Source: the human T2T-CHM13v2.0 reference genome, Homo sapiens | NCBI RefSeq assembly: GCF_009914755.1 | Contig: NC_060929.1 | Reading direction: 5' to 3' (one strand) | DNA: 64,000 nt | Shown here: positions 1-16,116 of the stretch, piece after piece | Layout of the letters: every line of letters begins with the position of its first letter | Numbering within the stretch: the stretch's first letter is position 1 | Translations under genes and position numbers: made by a program | The notes under the pieces: model-generated | Databases searched by the model: none | What the model was told of the DNA's origin: nothing | Seen by the model: the letters and a program-made list of their open reading frames with translations, nothing else

Positions 1-159
<159 letters not shown>

Positions 160-819
160 TTAACTCAAAATTTAGGTGAGGGAGAAGTTTTGGGGAGTAG
201 GAGAGGGGGGGAATGTTTGTGTTTAAAAGCTCCTAGTATGTTCTATTTTCAAAAGGAGTGGTGTGTATACAAATGCATGCTTTATTATGTGCACCTTGCA
301 TACACTGGTTTATGATATATAGTCTTATTTAATAATATTTAATAATTTAAAATAAAAACACTTCAACAAATTACACAACTTTTAGGTGTTAGGTTTGAAG
401 ATCCTACATAGATTCAGGAGAAGGTGTTTAAAGTGGTAGACAAAAGGGAAGAGGGACTGTTCTTGTTTAGCACATCCTCAGAGTGTTAGAGTAGGTAGGG
501 ATGAGGAGACCTAATATCTGAATGGAAAAGGCCAAGATGAGAGAGAAGGGTCAAAGAAGTACTAGACTTAGGTGAGGGGTCATATACAGTACTTCACAAC
601 TCAGTATTTCTGGGAGGCATGAAGAGGTGGCTATAGTGGCAAGAATGGGATTGTGTAGAAGGACACCTATCCCCGCGTAGGTGTATCTTAGGTCTACTCT
701 TGCTTCTGTTCTCCTGTAACTTTGCCACTGTATTAGCATCTAGGGAACTGGATGTATGGGAGCATTTACCTCACACAATTTAGTAGCCGTTAGCATTCAG
801 CAGCAACGTTCACCATTCA

Positions 820-930
820 GGAATCAGACAGATCTAAGTCTAAAATTTCAGCTTTACTATGTTTTAGTTTAGCAACCTTTGTAAAGTAATTTAGCTCCTC
901 CCTAAGGCTTAGTTTCTTAATGACGATAAT
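820..930 (+). mobile_element. MIR fragment
   Basis: Degenerate MIR core: GAATCAGACAGATCT...CTTTGTAAAGTAATTTAGCTCCTC...TTAGTTTCTT. Confidence 0.5.
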
Positions 931-1014
931 ATACCCATTCTCCAAATATTTACTGAATGCCAAGTATTTGCTAGGCACTGTGCTAGAAACCAGCAAACCA
1001 GTGACAGATCAGAA

Positions 1015-1530
1015 AACTTTCAGGTTTTAGTGACAGCAAATCTAATTCACATGGGCTTAAACTTGTGAGGCATATATTGGCTCATGTGGTGGAAAAAGTA
1101 TATTCTGTGGATAGTATGTTTCAGGTGTAGCTTGATTCAGGGCTCAAACTATCTCCTTAGGGTCCATTCCTACACTCTTGTTCCTCTGGATTGTCTTCCT
1201 TCCAAGCTCTTTCTTCTAAGGCATCATCATGTTTACATCATAATAATACTCAAAAAGAAAATGCCTGTTAAGGTATTGTGCATACAAGCCCTGGTGTTCA
1301 CTCTCTCTCATTAGCCCATATTGAATCCCATGCTCATTTCTGGTCAGGAAAATGGAATGACTAGATGAGCTTAAGCCCAGGTCATATGTCCCATCCCTGG
1401 AGTCTGGGATAACTCCACTGCATACACTGTGAAATGGGGAGAAGTTTCCTCAAAGCATAATGGGGATACAGTTTCCAAAAGGAGGAATGTTAATTCTAAG
1501 GAAGCACAATCAAGAAATGTCCATTTCAAA
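1015..1530 (-). mobile_element. Old MaLR LTR (MLT1J/K-like)
   Basis: TTTCAGGTTTTAGTGACAGCAAATCTAATTCACATGGGCTTAAAC...TTCAGGTGTAGCTTGATTCAGGGCTCAAAC resembles a reverse-strand MLT1 LTR. Confidence 0.55.
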
Positions 1531-2124
1531 TTGTAAGCAAAAGCTTCCCCAGTTGTTGCCATCATTGAGCTTACAGTTCAATGTGGAGGATAATTAAAAT
1601 AATCTCAAAAATAAGTGTATAATTGCAGTTGAAAAGACTGTGAGGAAAGAGAGAAGCATAATGCCATGAGAGTTATAGTGAGGAAATTTGGTCTACTCTG
1701 GTAGGTTGGAGAAGGCTTTCCCAAGGAAAGACGGCTTGGGCTGGATTAAAAAAATGGATAAAATTCAACGAATTGAATACTGGAAAGAAGAACATTTCTG
1801 GAAATGTATCAATGTGTTAAAATGCTTGGTGACAGAAGGGAGTACTGCAAATATTAGGATCTAATCACTTTCTTAGAGCAAAGAAAACCCACACTGTATT
1901 GTGGGTGATGGACTGAAATGACAGGGAAAGACCAGAATCTACAGCACCTTCTGGACCATTTTATGGAGTTAGGCCTTTGCCACAAGGGCAGTCGGAAGCT
2001 TTTCAGGATTTTAAACAGAGAGACAATGTGATCAGTTTTGAATTTCAAAAAGATTCTTTCTTTCATTGTGAAGAAAAATTAGAGGAATTGATGTGGGCTA
2101 CCAATAAGGATGCTATTGCAGTAG

Positions 2125-2768
2125 TAGTGGTTCTCACCCAGGGGGTTATTTTATCCCACAGGGGACATATGGCAATGTCTGGACACATTTTTAATGGTCA
2201 CTAATGATGAGGAGTGCTACTGGCATCTGATGAGTAGAGATCAGGGACCCTACTTAGCATCCTGCAATATAGAGAACAGCCCTGTGATGGTTAATACTGA
2301 GTGTCAACTTGATTGGATTGAGGGATATGAAGTATTAATCTTGGGTGTGTCTGTGTGGGTGTAGCCAAAGGAGATTAACATTTGAGTCAGTGGGCTGGGG
2401 AAGGCAGATCCACCCTTAATCTATTGGGTGCAATCTAATCAGCTTCCAGCTAACATAAAGCAGGCAGAAAAATGTGAAAAGTAAGATGGGCCTAGCCTCC
2501 CAGCCTACATCTTTTTGCTGGATGTTTCCTGCTGTTGAACATTGAACTCCAAGTTCTTTAGTTTTGGGACTTGGACTGGCTCTCCTTGCTCCTCAACTTG
2601 CAGACAGCCATTTGTGGGAACATGTGATTGTGTAAGTTAATAATTAATAAACTCCCCTTTACATACAGTTATTGGTTCTGTCTCTCTAAGAGAATGCTAA
2701 TACAAGCCCGTTTCAATAAAGGAGTACCTGGTCCAAAATGTCAGTAGTGTCAGGGCTAAGAAACACTG
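2125..2768 (+). mobile_element. MER20 (hAT-Charlie MITE) split by an MLT2A LTR
   Basis: TAGTGGTTCTCA...GGGGACATATGGCAATGTCTGGA...TGCTACTGGCATCT; resumes at 2710 and ends AAGAAACACTG. Confidence 0.9.
2283..2704 (+). mobile_element. MLT2A solo LTR (HERV-L)
   Basis: TGTGATGGTTAATACTGAGTGTCAACTTGATTGGATTGAGG...CTAATACA with TG..CA termini; perfect 5-bp TSD AGCCC at 2278-2282 and 2705-2709. Confidence 0.95.
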
Positions 2769-3274
2769 GTCCAGATGAAGAGATCATGGCTTGTTAGTGG
2801 TGAGGCAAATGGAGAGAAGAAATATATTAGGCAAATGTGAAGATATGAAGAAGTATGATTGACAGGGCTTGTGGAGGGAATGAATACTAGTGTAAGATAT
2901 GGCAGTACTCATTCACTGAGTTGGAGACCACTGAGAAAAGAGCATGTTTTATAAGAAAGTGTTTTCATTTTTGAGTTTGAAGCAACTTTGATATCTCCAA
3001 AGTTATCAAGTAGGTATTTAAATATTTAGGTCTGGAGATCAGATGAAAAGTCTGTATTAGCAATTTATATATCTAATGCGTCTCTGATTAGGTGGTGGGT
3101 TTAGATGAGATTGCCTAAGGAAGGAGTATAGATTTGGAAGAAAAGAGATTGGAGGATTGAACCTGGAGGAGCTCCAACATTTAATAGCCTCATAAAAGAT
3201 AATGACAGAGAAAACTATAATTCTGTGTTCTAAGTGTTATGAAGAAAATTACAGACATCTAAGGTGTAATACTA

Positions 3275-3360
3275 TTTATGTGTAGGGATTAACAAGATCA
3301 TATATGTGAAGTGTCTAATGTAGAGTAAGCCCTATATAAATAGCAATTATTATTATTAAT
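3275..3360 (+). mobile_element. MIR 3' fragment
   Basis: GTAGGGATTAACAAGATCATATATGTGAAGTG...ATAAATAGCAATTATTATT. Confidence 0.55.
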
Positions 3361-3949
3361 CTTACAATAAGATTATTATTCTTAATACTTTGATCTGCTT
3401 TTAATAATTTTCAGTACTTCTCCTTCTACCTGCCTTTAGTCTAGCATCGATTAGAGAGTGGATAACCAGGAATGTGAAATTAGTCATCCTATTTTATACC
3501 CAGTTCTAAATACACAGATTCTGGCTAAAACAGTAAGGATGGCTGCAGTCTTTATTGTAGTGTAATCACACCTGTGTAGAGATATTTGCGCTTATGGGAA
3601 TAAAGTTAAACTATTGACTGTTATTTAATATACTTATGTTGTGTGGTGATGTTTCTTAGTATTTGCTCTGTACCATTCTGACCCTTATGACACGTATACT
3701 GGAATTCCTCTTCTGGCCTCCAACTGGTTTACTTCTCTTACTCAACAATTGGGTAAAACACTCTTTTGTCAGTGAATTTCTACAAGAGCACTTACAAGCA
3801 CTTTCTCTACAAAATTGCATTTTGAAACTTGACACATTTCAAACTCACTGCATGTTTACAATTTCCCACCTTAAAGATTATTTCTCTGATTTGTTTACAT
3901 GTTTGTTTTTCTACTTAAATTTTAAATTCCTTTGAGATATGAAAGCAGG

Positions 3950-3951
<2 letters not shown>

Positions 3952-3985
<34 letters not shown>

Positions 3986-4259
3986 AGACAGGGCCTCACT
4001 CTGTCACCCAGGCTGGAGTGCAATCGTATGATGTTGGCTCACTGCAACCACTGCCTCCTGGGTTCAAGCAAATCTCAGCCTTCCAAGTAGTTGGAATTAC
4101 AGGTGTGCACCACCATGCCTGGCTAATTTTTATATTTTTAGTAGAGACAGGGTTTTGCCATGTCGGCCAGGCCAGTCTCAAACTCCTGACCTCAAGAGAT
4201 CTGCCCGCCTTGGCCTTCCAAAGTACTGGGATTACAAGTGTGAGCCACTGCGCCCAGCT
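3952..4259 (-). mobile_element. AluS (Sx/Sz-like)
   Basis: Poly-T followed by a full dimer; degenerate TSD AAAGCAGGTCT / AAAGCAAATCT. Confidence 0.95.
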
Positions 4260-4329
4260 AAAGCAAATCTTAGTCATCTCAACATACTGGCTAGAACTTA
4301 GCAAATAATTGTCAAATTAAAAAGGATAG

Positions 4330-5552
<1,223 letters not shown>

Positions 5553-5734
5553 CCAGACATGAACAGTTAAGTAGACACATCCAGAGGTATATTTCAGCTT
5601 TTATTTGACATTTGCTAAAATGAACTTCGCGTCTGTCTTATTTTACAGTTCTTCCCTAGCAGTTAGTGGATAGAAAACCTCCTTTAGATATGTCTTTGCC
5701 TATCTATTGTCCTTTAGCTTGGGTTTTCGACAAA

Positions 5735-5945
5735 AGAAAGACCTGGGTTTGAATCTCACATGTACAATTTATGATCTGTGTGATAACCTGCAATTATATA
5801 GCCTCTCTGGCTGCTTTTCTTCATCAACTGATGAAGGTAAGAATACCTACATCCCATGTTTATTTTACAGATACGGTAATGTGGGTAAAGCACTTCTCAT
5901 GGAGTTTTACTTTTAAAAATGCTAGCCATTGCTATTATTATCATC
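5735..5945 (+). mobile_element. MIR
   Basis: AGACCTGGGTTTGAATCTC...CTGTGTGA...GTAAAGCACTT...AAATGCTAGC. Confidence 0.75.
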
Positions 5946-8472
5946 ATTATAGATCCTCATTTTCTTATTTAACCTCATATTTTCTTCTCATGCCTACACG
6001 TGAACATTAGAAATAGTCTTATATAATCATAATTTTTACAAAGAAAAGATGTACAATAATACCCCAAAATTCTCAAGCTTAGGAAAAAGAAAATTAAAAT
6101 TAAGATATTGGGCAGCATGGTAAAGCTCCAGAGGATCGATTCTTTTCTCACATTCTTGATGGTTATCATTTCACTTCTGGTTAGCTTAGAATAGATAGCA
6201 AAACCTGGAAGAGGAAATTGTGTAGGGGCAATCTGGCTAAAACAGCCACTAAATGATCACATTTTATTGAACTAGTTTATTTAGCTAAAAGACTCCAGCT
6301 GTCTTTCACACCACCTTTGCTCTTCATTTGCCTTTCCCTGACATTCAAGTATGTGTTGAGTGGGTGAAAATATCTATTTTCAAAGAATAGAGATAGAGAT
6401 ATTTTCTCTGTTTTCTATTTTTTTCTAGAGAATAGAAATATTATTTGGATCTTCTGAGAAATGTCCAGCTTTACTAATGATTTGAGCCATGCCTTTTGGC
6501 CTAAATAATGTGGGTGTGTTTAGATGTATTTGGAGTAAGCACTAATAATTTACATCAGTAGATGACTGGGAAATATCTCCTTTGATGACCTAAATAGAAA
6601 GATGTTGACATGAAAGAATAGAGACTTTTCCCAAAACATCAATGTGCAACTGAAACAATACTAAAGGGGAACTTTCCAAGATGCAGTGATTTGGAGAATT
6701 ACTTGAGATAGGTCTTTCTTCATTTTACAGTGTTGATGAACATGAATTTTCTAAGAGTGTCTTACCTACATACTGCATATCAACTAAAAATTCTGTACTC
6801 TTTCATTAGATGCTCTACCAAAAAGCTTAATCTAAATAGAATTTAATATTTAGTGCCGAACCACAGAAACTTAAGAGCCTGAGCATCTCATAGGTTTAAA
6901 TAATATTTCCTGGTTGCCAAATGCTAATTTAACATATATACAAATGAACATGGTGTGGGATCAGAGGAAGAATTCTACCGGTTCACCACGTTCTGTCTTC
7001 TTGAGACATACGTTCTATAGAGACACCTCTTGTATCCTTCAGCATGTTCAAATTTCAGTATGGATTAACATTGTATTGACAAATTTTAACAATAAATTAA
7101 AAGTAATCAAATTACATGCATCTTTTCTTTGAGGATAAGGACATATTGAAAATGTGTTATCAAGACATTGCTTTTCACATACATTCATTAGTAATTCAAA
7201 GATTTAGTAGCTGATAGTGATGTTAGTGTAATTAACAGGAAAAAATGGAAGAAAAGCATGTTGCTATAGCAATGTGTTCATCATGAATGATCTACAGCAT
7301 AAACACCCAGATTAATTTACAAGACGCCAGGTAGAGAGCTGCATGGCTGACTAGGCTACTCTCAGATGCCACAGTATTTGTTTTTATTAAGCATAAACAT
7401 TACAGTGGAGCTTTCAAGGTATGTGTGCTTGTCACTGTCAATCATACAGAGGTTGCATTCCCAGGGAGTTTTCAATTCACTTTAAATTTTTAACAGATGA
7501 AGAGAAACAATTTTTTTCCCAGAGAATTAAAAATTATATATACCAGCACAGATGACATTTTGACACTGCCTTCTTGCTCATGGGCAGAGTGTGTTTCTGT
7601 ATTATCTTCACACTTGCTTTTAATACTAGAAGTATGGGGGTTTTACTCTGCAAAATGATTTAAAAATAGTGAAATTGGAAGCCATGGTGTCAGAAAACCT
7701 CTTAAGAAAGCACTTGTGGGTATGACCATGAGCCGGATGACATTTTAGCCTATCATAGTTTAGGTTATTACTAGAAACTTAAGGCAAAAAAAGGCATCCT
7801 TACCTCATTGGGCAGAGAAATGTGATATGTGGGTATATATAGGTGTGTGTTTATGAGCATGTCTGAGAGATATAGTGGCCAACTGGATGCTTCTTGCTAA
7901 TGGTATTTTGAGGCCTGGAGCCAGACACATGGGATGGCACTAGGGACTCACATTCCCCAGCTTGGTCAGTAGGGTGGTTTTGCAGCCATGGCACAAACAT
8001 AGCACGTTTGTGACCTGACCTTCTCATTCCATTATGAGAATAGACCAATTTTAGAGTTAAGAAAAAGCTAGAAGGGCTGTATAACTTAAAAGAAAGGCTC
8101 AAGGATATCAGAGACAGTGAAGCTTAGATGATCTTGTTTTCACTTGTTTACTACTGATACTTAGGCTTCATGGAGTAATGTAGATGCTGTATGAGACTCG
8201 TGTGGATGCTGTGCAACGAGCAGAAATTTGACCAGCTTATTCAGCATGTAGAAATACCGGTAAAAGCTGTGATGTGAGCAGCCTCTGAATTTTAATCAAA
8301 TATTATCTCAGAAAAATCTGAAAGTGGAGATAACATATTCTAGTGGGACACTGATGTATAGTATTGACTTGGGACAAGAGTCAAGCCACCATATTCTTCT
8401 AGAGCACTTGTTGCATGACACAGTCATTACCTTTGGGCAGCATGAAAGTTGTAAAGGTCCAAAGTACGATTC

Positions 8473-8762
8473 TTTTTTTTATTTTAAAATTTAAATTGTT
8501 GTGGGTACATAGTAGACATATGTATTTATGAGATACATGAGCTATTTTGATACAAGTATACAATGTGTAATAATCACATCAGGGCAGATGGGCTATCTAT
8601 TACTAAGGATTTATGCTTTCTTTGTGTTACAATCTAATTATACTCTTAGTTATTTTTAAATTCACAATAAATTATTGTTGGCTGTAGTCATCCTGTTGTA
8701 CTATCAAATACTAGATTTTATTCATTCTATCTAGCTATATTTTTGTACCCATTAACCATCCC
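8473..8762 (-). mobile_element. L1MA2/3 3'-end fragment
   Basis: T tail, then GTGGGTACATAGTAG...TAATCACATCAGGG...CTATCAAATACTAGAT...GTACCCATTAACCATCCC. Confidence 0.85.
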
Positions 8763-9483
8763 TAATCCTGCCACAGCACTACCGTTCTTGATAGCATGCC
8801 AACATGTTTGAAGGCAGGAACTTCAAGAACATAAGGAAGAATAAGAATGTTGTGGGTTTGTTTTTCCTCTAGTCTAGAGAAGGATTGAGTTTTTGGGAAT
8901 AACTCCGAACATCTGGTCAAACCATGTATGTTATGAGTCTCGGCCAAGGGGATACTTAAATTTTAAGCCAGACCTGGCATTCACCAGTACTATCCTTATG
9001 GGATTTAGTTTGGAGGCTAAAGGTTGCCAAACCCAAGTTTGGACCCTGCATTACTTAGGCTGGATAGACAGACACTGTAGAGGAAATGAACAATAAACAT
9101 TGTATCCTTTGAGATTCCACAAAGAAAAACAATAAACTTGCACCAGTCATGGTTCCAATAAAGGTTGGGTTTCTTCAGGCTACTGCCCAAATAAAGGCTA
9201 TTGCAGGCAGTCTGCGCCTGAAGAGACAAGTAGCTTTCTTTTCATGCTCCACCCTGTTAGGGAGTCAATTCTGGCAACCAGTGAAGTTGGTGCTAATCTA
9301 ATCAGGATGTTTTGTTTTAACTTCTGATGTGGCACTGTGTCTGCATTGAGGAGGAAGAAATGATTTTTTTTTTAAGATGCTACACTTCCAATGTTTATAA
9401 GGGTGTTTCTGTTGTTTTCCCAATACAGATTTTGCGTAAAACTAGTTTTGGTATTTAGTCTTTTTACAATGCTACCTGTAGTA

Positions 9484-9713
9484 CAGTGGTTCTCAACCTA
9501 GAGTGACTTTGCCCTCAGGAGACATATGGCAATGTCTGGAGACATTTTTAATTGTCATGACTGAGTTGAATTGTTATGAGTGTGTGTGTGTGCTACTGGC
9601 ATCTAGTGGGAAAGACCAGGGATGCTGCTAAGTGGTCTACAATGCACAAGATAGCCCTCCGCAACAAAGATTTATCTGGTCTAATGTGTCAATAGTGACC
9701 TTGTGAAATCCAG
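9484..9713 (+). mobile_element. MER20
   Basis: CAGTGGTTCTCAACC...GGCAATGTCTGGAGACATTTTT...TGCTACTGGCATCTAGTGGG...CAGGGATGCTGCTAA. Confidence 0.9.
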
Positions 9714-9827
9714 ATTGAGTGTAATTGTATGATGGGGTCTTGATATTGATCCTGTGTTTAATACAACACAACCAAAGGTGGTATATCTAAAGCCACAAGT
9801 AATGATTTTATTATCAACATTATATAT

Positions 9828-9874
9828 TAGATAGATAGATAGATGATAGATAGATAGATAGATGGATAGATAGA
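9828..9874. repeat. (GATA)n tetranucleotide microsatellite
   Basis: Interrupted TAGA repeats, read directly. Confidence 0.95.
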
Positions 9875-10197
9875 GCTTGGAAATTCTCTCATGTGAAACC
9901 TTGAAAAAAATGTATTTAAGTAAGAGCAAAGGCAACTAGCAATGTAATAATAATTTAGATTATCTTCAAATATAAAGTGAAATGGAGGAAAAAATGTTTC
10001 ACTGAAAATATTATTTCTGAAGAGATATTTTCACCTTCAATTTCTGGTCTAAAATTTGGGAAAATAACCATCTTAGATGTTCCAAAAGCCCATATGTCTG
10101 TATATTATTTGGAAATAGGAATAAAATACAGTGTTATAAACTCTTGTTGGGTAAAATGGCATCTAGAATTTAATAAATATTTATTTTGCAAGCAGTG

Positions 10198-10231
10198 GTG
10201 TGTGTGTGTGTGTGTGTGTATGTGTGTGTGT
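10198..10231. repeat. (TG)n microsatellite
   Basis: Read directly; one TA interruption. Confidence 0.95.
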
Positions 10232-10844
10232 AGACAGTATATAATGTTATTTGGGATTCATAACAAACCTGTCAGATTGGCATAATTACTCTGGATTATA
10301 AATAAGGAAGCCAACGAGGTGAGATCTGTACCTACGTCTCCCCAGGATTCAAACCTGAGTGTTTTATACCACACTACACTGCCTCTGAATCTGAAATATA
10401 CTTGGTCATAGTACTAACACTACTGTATGGATTTGTGGGTTTGAGGAGCACAGAATCATGTAATGCAGAAGGAAGACAAAGAGCATTCCCTCCTCTAGCC
10501 TCTGATGTGGCGTTGTGTAAAATTTCAAGGTTGGCAGATTTCATCTTTACATTCTCTCAACTTCTGCTCTAATCCTGCCCTCTTACTCTAATTCCACAAC
10601 ACCAGAACCTACACATTATCCTGCCTATTCTAATGCAGTGCCCAATAATTGAAGGTTTTTCTTTCTCCTTTAGTACCAGTCAAAATTCTCCTTCAACACA
10701 TAATAACTAACTTTAATAGGTCATAGTAATTTCTACAGAAATGTATGTGTTTTTGTAGAGGATGACAATAAATTTTGACCATCCAGAATTGTGGTGAGAA
10801 ATCTATGGTGTGGGGAAGACTTGTAGGAGCTTGTTCTAGATACC

Positions 10845-10965
10845 TCAGGTCTAGACTTCATTCTTTTCTGGCCAGCTGTGTGCCTCTGGGCAAATTCTCA
10901 GGGCTGAATTCTCAGGTCTTCTGTTTTGCCATCTATGATGAATGGAGAAGCTGATAGAGATATCA
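10845..10965 (+). mobile_element. MIR/MIR3 fragment
   Basis: CAGCTGTGTGCCTCTGGGCAAATT...CTGTTTTGCCATCTAT. Confidence 0.5.
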
Positions 10966-11004
10966 GCATAGGTGATGACAATAAAATTAAAGACAATGAA
11001 GAAA

Positions 11005-11170
11005 TAAAGATATACAAATGCATTAAAAAGTCTTGAAGGATACACAACAAAACAAAATGCTAATTAGTGGTTACTTTTTAGAAGACCTTGGTGGTTTTGT
11101 GCTTTTTACTCCACATATTGTGAAAAATTTCAATAAGCACATGTAATTTTATAATTTTAAAAGCAATGAA
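11005..11170 (+). mobile_element. L1ME-type 3'-end relic
   Basis: AAAAGTCTTGAAGGATACAC...AATGCTAATTAGTGGTTAC...CAATAAGCACATGTAATTTTATAAT. Confidence 0.45.
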
Positions 11171-11439
11171 ATAGTTTTAACATTAAAAAGAAGAAAAATG
11201 AAATGGGATAATCTGTAAAAATCTCTTGTAGTGTTCACAGTCCATCGTTAACCTGTTTGCTTGGCTCAGCACAATTTTCTTAGAAGAATGAAACAATAAG
11301 AATGGAGAAGAGTGATACCAGGTGTTTCTGGAGTGTGTGGTTTATGATTCTATGGGTACTTGGATTTGTTGGGATGTTGGTGCTGATGCCTGTTTTGTAA
11401 GCTCACTGTGGAATAACTGGCTCCCTGAAGTCAGAGCAA

Positions 11440-12016
11440 TGCTTCACAGCATGTCAGACAATGTCATGCCTCACCCCTGCTCAAAAAGTAGGATTCCTCA
11501 TTTCACTTATAGTAAAGGCCAAAGTGCAGACAAATGGCTTAAAATGCCCTGTGTGATCTCTGCACACACCCCAGTGCCTTCTGACCTGCTGACCTCATTC
11601 CTGCTTGTATTCCATTCCTTACTCTGTGCCATCCCCTGTTCCCTCCTTTCCCTAGAATGCATTCAGCATATTCTGCCTCAGGACCTTTGTATTGGCTCTT
11701 CCCCTGCTTGAAATACTCCATTTATAGGTCCAGGTATTGATATGGTGAACCCCCTTGCTTGCTTCAAATCTTTGCTGAAATGCCACATTTTTAATGATGC
11801 CTGGCCTATCTTCTTTAAATTGCTACCCTCCCCTGCTTTAAGAACCCACTTGTTCCCTTCTACTTGTTCTTTTATTTAATATGATATATTTACTGTTATC
11901 ATTTATAATCTGTGTTCTGTGAAGAACACAGATGTCCTCCTTAATTTTTCCAAGTGCCTGGAACTGTACCCAGCACATAGCTGGATCTTAATAAATATTT
12001 CCTGAATTTGTTAATG
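11440..12016 (+). mobile_element. L2a 3' region
   Basis: CCTCATTTCACTTATAGTAAAGGCCAAAGT...TGCCTCAGGACCTTTG...CAGCACATAG...TAATAAATATTT. Confidence 0.8.
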
Positions 12017-12175
12017 GAGATTCTATGTAGATCTTTTGTTTGTTGGTACATTTTCTTGGGCTGAATTTTGAATTTTTTTTAATTTGGTCTCATTCAGCTA
12101 AAAAGTATGGAAAAGAAAATAATATTTTATATCTTTTTAATTCATTAGAGAAGCTTTACTTCGATAAGCCCTCTA

Positions 12176-12555
<380 letters not shown>

Positions 12556-13071
12556 TAGAGTATGTGTAATTACCTTACATTACTGTGTTTTTGAGATTCT
12601 GAAGGATTATAACATTCAGAGGCTTTCTTGTTTCTTTCTAGAGGACACTAACTGTAGGAATAACTGAATATTAATGAAAAAAATTGCATATTTGTGTTTA
12701 CTAATGAAAATATAGTCATCTGTACTCAGATATTTTCAATTAAAAATAATTATTTAAAAGTCATTCATCCATGGTTTGTTTCCATTTAAGAATTACAAAA
12801 CAAAAATATCACTAAAGAAAAATAATATATAAATTTAAAGATAAAATAGTTCATAATTAGAAATCACAGGATTTTCATTTTCAGATTTAAAGACTTTTAA
12901 GAATTTTTTTTATTTGGTACACTGGGGTATGGGTTCTACATAAGTAGAATCAGAATATCATCAATTAGAACATGGACATGCATTTTAAATTTTGAAATGT
13001 AGAATTTAATTATATTTCTTTATGCTCAGTGTGTGTGCTTATTGGTGTGTATGACGAAAATTGTGTTTGTA

Positions 13072-13109
13072 ATATATATATATGTTATATTATATATATT
13101 ATATATATA
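13072..13109. repeat. (TA)n low-complexity tract
   Basis: Read directly. Confidence 0.85.
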
Positions 13110-13453
13110 GCCAAACTCATTCATTCACTTCATTAGTTAAAAATATGCTATTTATGATGTCTGAGGGTGTCTAAATCCAAAACCCCAAGCTCTTTTCCCT
13201 AGAATGTAATTTTAACCTACCTTAGGGGATTTTCATGATTGAGTAAAAAAAAATTCTCTAGATATCGTAGGGGGCATACATAACTGAATCTGTGGAATAA
13301 TAAGGAAATTAATAATATGGTTTCATTATATTTGTTCCTAAGAACAAAATTATACTACGAAGTTCTGTTCTCAGGTATGGTATATTTATATCACTCTGGT
13401 GGTTAAATAAATTTAAACATTCTGATACAGTAAGGACCTAAGATGAACTTGAG

Positions 13454-13516
13454 TATCTATTTGGCTGACCATATTACAAACTTATCTATTTGGCTGATGA
13501 TATTACAAGCTTATCT
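13454..13516. repeat. 29-bp tandem duplication
   Basis: TATCTATTTGGCTGACCATATTACAAACT / TATCTATTTGGCTGATGATATTACAAGCT, 26/29 identical. Confidence 0.9.
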
Positions 13517-13629
13517 GGAGCAGAGTCTATGCTTAACCTTTCTTCCCATCCTCTCCTGTGCCTTGCCTGAAACAGTTCTTAATATGTAATTGTTGGTAGA
13601 TAGGTGTTAATGAAGAGCAAAGTGTGTTG

Positions 13630-13830
13630 TGCAGGAGCCTGTGGAACAGCAACACTTAAGTTCTGCAGTGAGGAAAGGGAGATAATTAAAGAGACAAAAC
13701 AAAAGCATCCCAGAAATTGGGAAGCAAATTATAAGAGTACACAAGAATGGTGTCATGGAAACCAAAGAGAAGGGAAACAATCCAGAAGAAAGGTGTGGTC
13801 AAGAAATATCAAACGTCGCAGAAGATTTTG
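13630..13830 (-). mobile_element. L2 fragment
   Basis: GAGCCTGTGGAACAGCAACACTTAAG...GGTGTCATGGAAACCAAAGAGAAGG...TGGTCAAG. Confidence 0.65.
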
Positions 13831-14572
13831 GATCAAATACTCTTTAGGCTCCTGTCCCAGCAGCCACTTCATCTTTACATATTGATGTTTAGACCATGGT
13901 ATCATTTGAGGGCATCCTGAAAATGCACCAGGGATTGAAACTCCTGTAGTTTTGCATAAGTCAAGATATTTTGCAGGTGAGTTTAACAAGGTAGGTGCTA
14001 GACCAGTAAAGCTCAGGAACACTAGAAAACTTGAACATTTCTGTTTTCTCTAACCAATATCTGGTATTTTAATCTATATCTATGTAGATTTTGGTGCAGT
14101 GGAGACAAGATTTTAGGAAAAAGCAGGATTGAAATATGACTCAATTACACACATGCGTTATGTATACACATTTATGTGTAATATGCATGTATATATTTCT
14201 CCTCAATTTATAGAAATCAGTATTTGAACATAAAACTCCTTTAAAAACAATTTGAAGGGATCCTTAGAGATAATTTTTAAAGTTTTATTATGTTCAGCTG
14301 ATAATAAAATATCAGTCTGCACCCATCTGTAGATACTGTTATAATTGATCAGGTTATTTCTCATATATTTATTAAACATTGATAACATTTTGATGAGTTT
14401 TATAATCAACACACTTTCAATGCAATACAATACACAATGCATGGTGAAACAGTCTTTTCATTTTAATGGTTACGTCCAGCTAAGCTCAAAGACAGTCCTC
14501 TGTAACAAATTGTATTGCTTGATTGAGAAGGCGTTTAAAAGGATCATAATAAAAACAAATCAGCTGCCGTTA

Positions 14573-15921
<1,349 letters not shown>

Positions 15922-16116
15922 ACAATGAGAACACATGGACACAGGAAGGGGAACATCACACTCTGGGGACTGTTGTGGGGTGGGGGGAGGGGGGAGGGAT
16001 AGCATTAGGAGATATACCTAATGCTAAATGACGAGTTAATGGGTGCAGCACACCAGCATGGCACATGTATACATATGTAACTAACCTGCACATTGTGCAC
16101 AGGTACCCTAAAACTT

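Larger units (their letters stand above)
940..3200 (-). mobile_element. L2 relic, interrupted by an MLT1 LTR, MER20 and MLT2A
   Basis: AAATATTTACTGAATGCC...GCTAGGCACTGTGCTAG is the reverse complement of the L2 3' end. L2 sequence GCTATTGCAGTA|GTCCAGATG joins across the MER20 insertion. Confidence 0.7.

Noticed and set aside
12574-12650. Possible minus-strand exon with a GTAAG donor
   Set aside because: Weak acceptor, unrecognisable peptide and no supporting neighbours
15977-15998. G-quadruplex motif
   Set aside because: Standard L1 3' UTR polypurine tract
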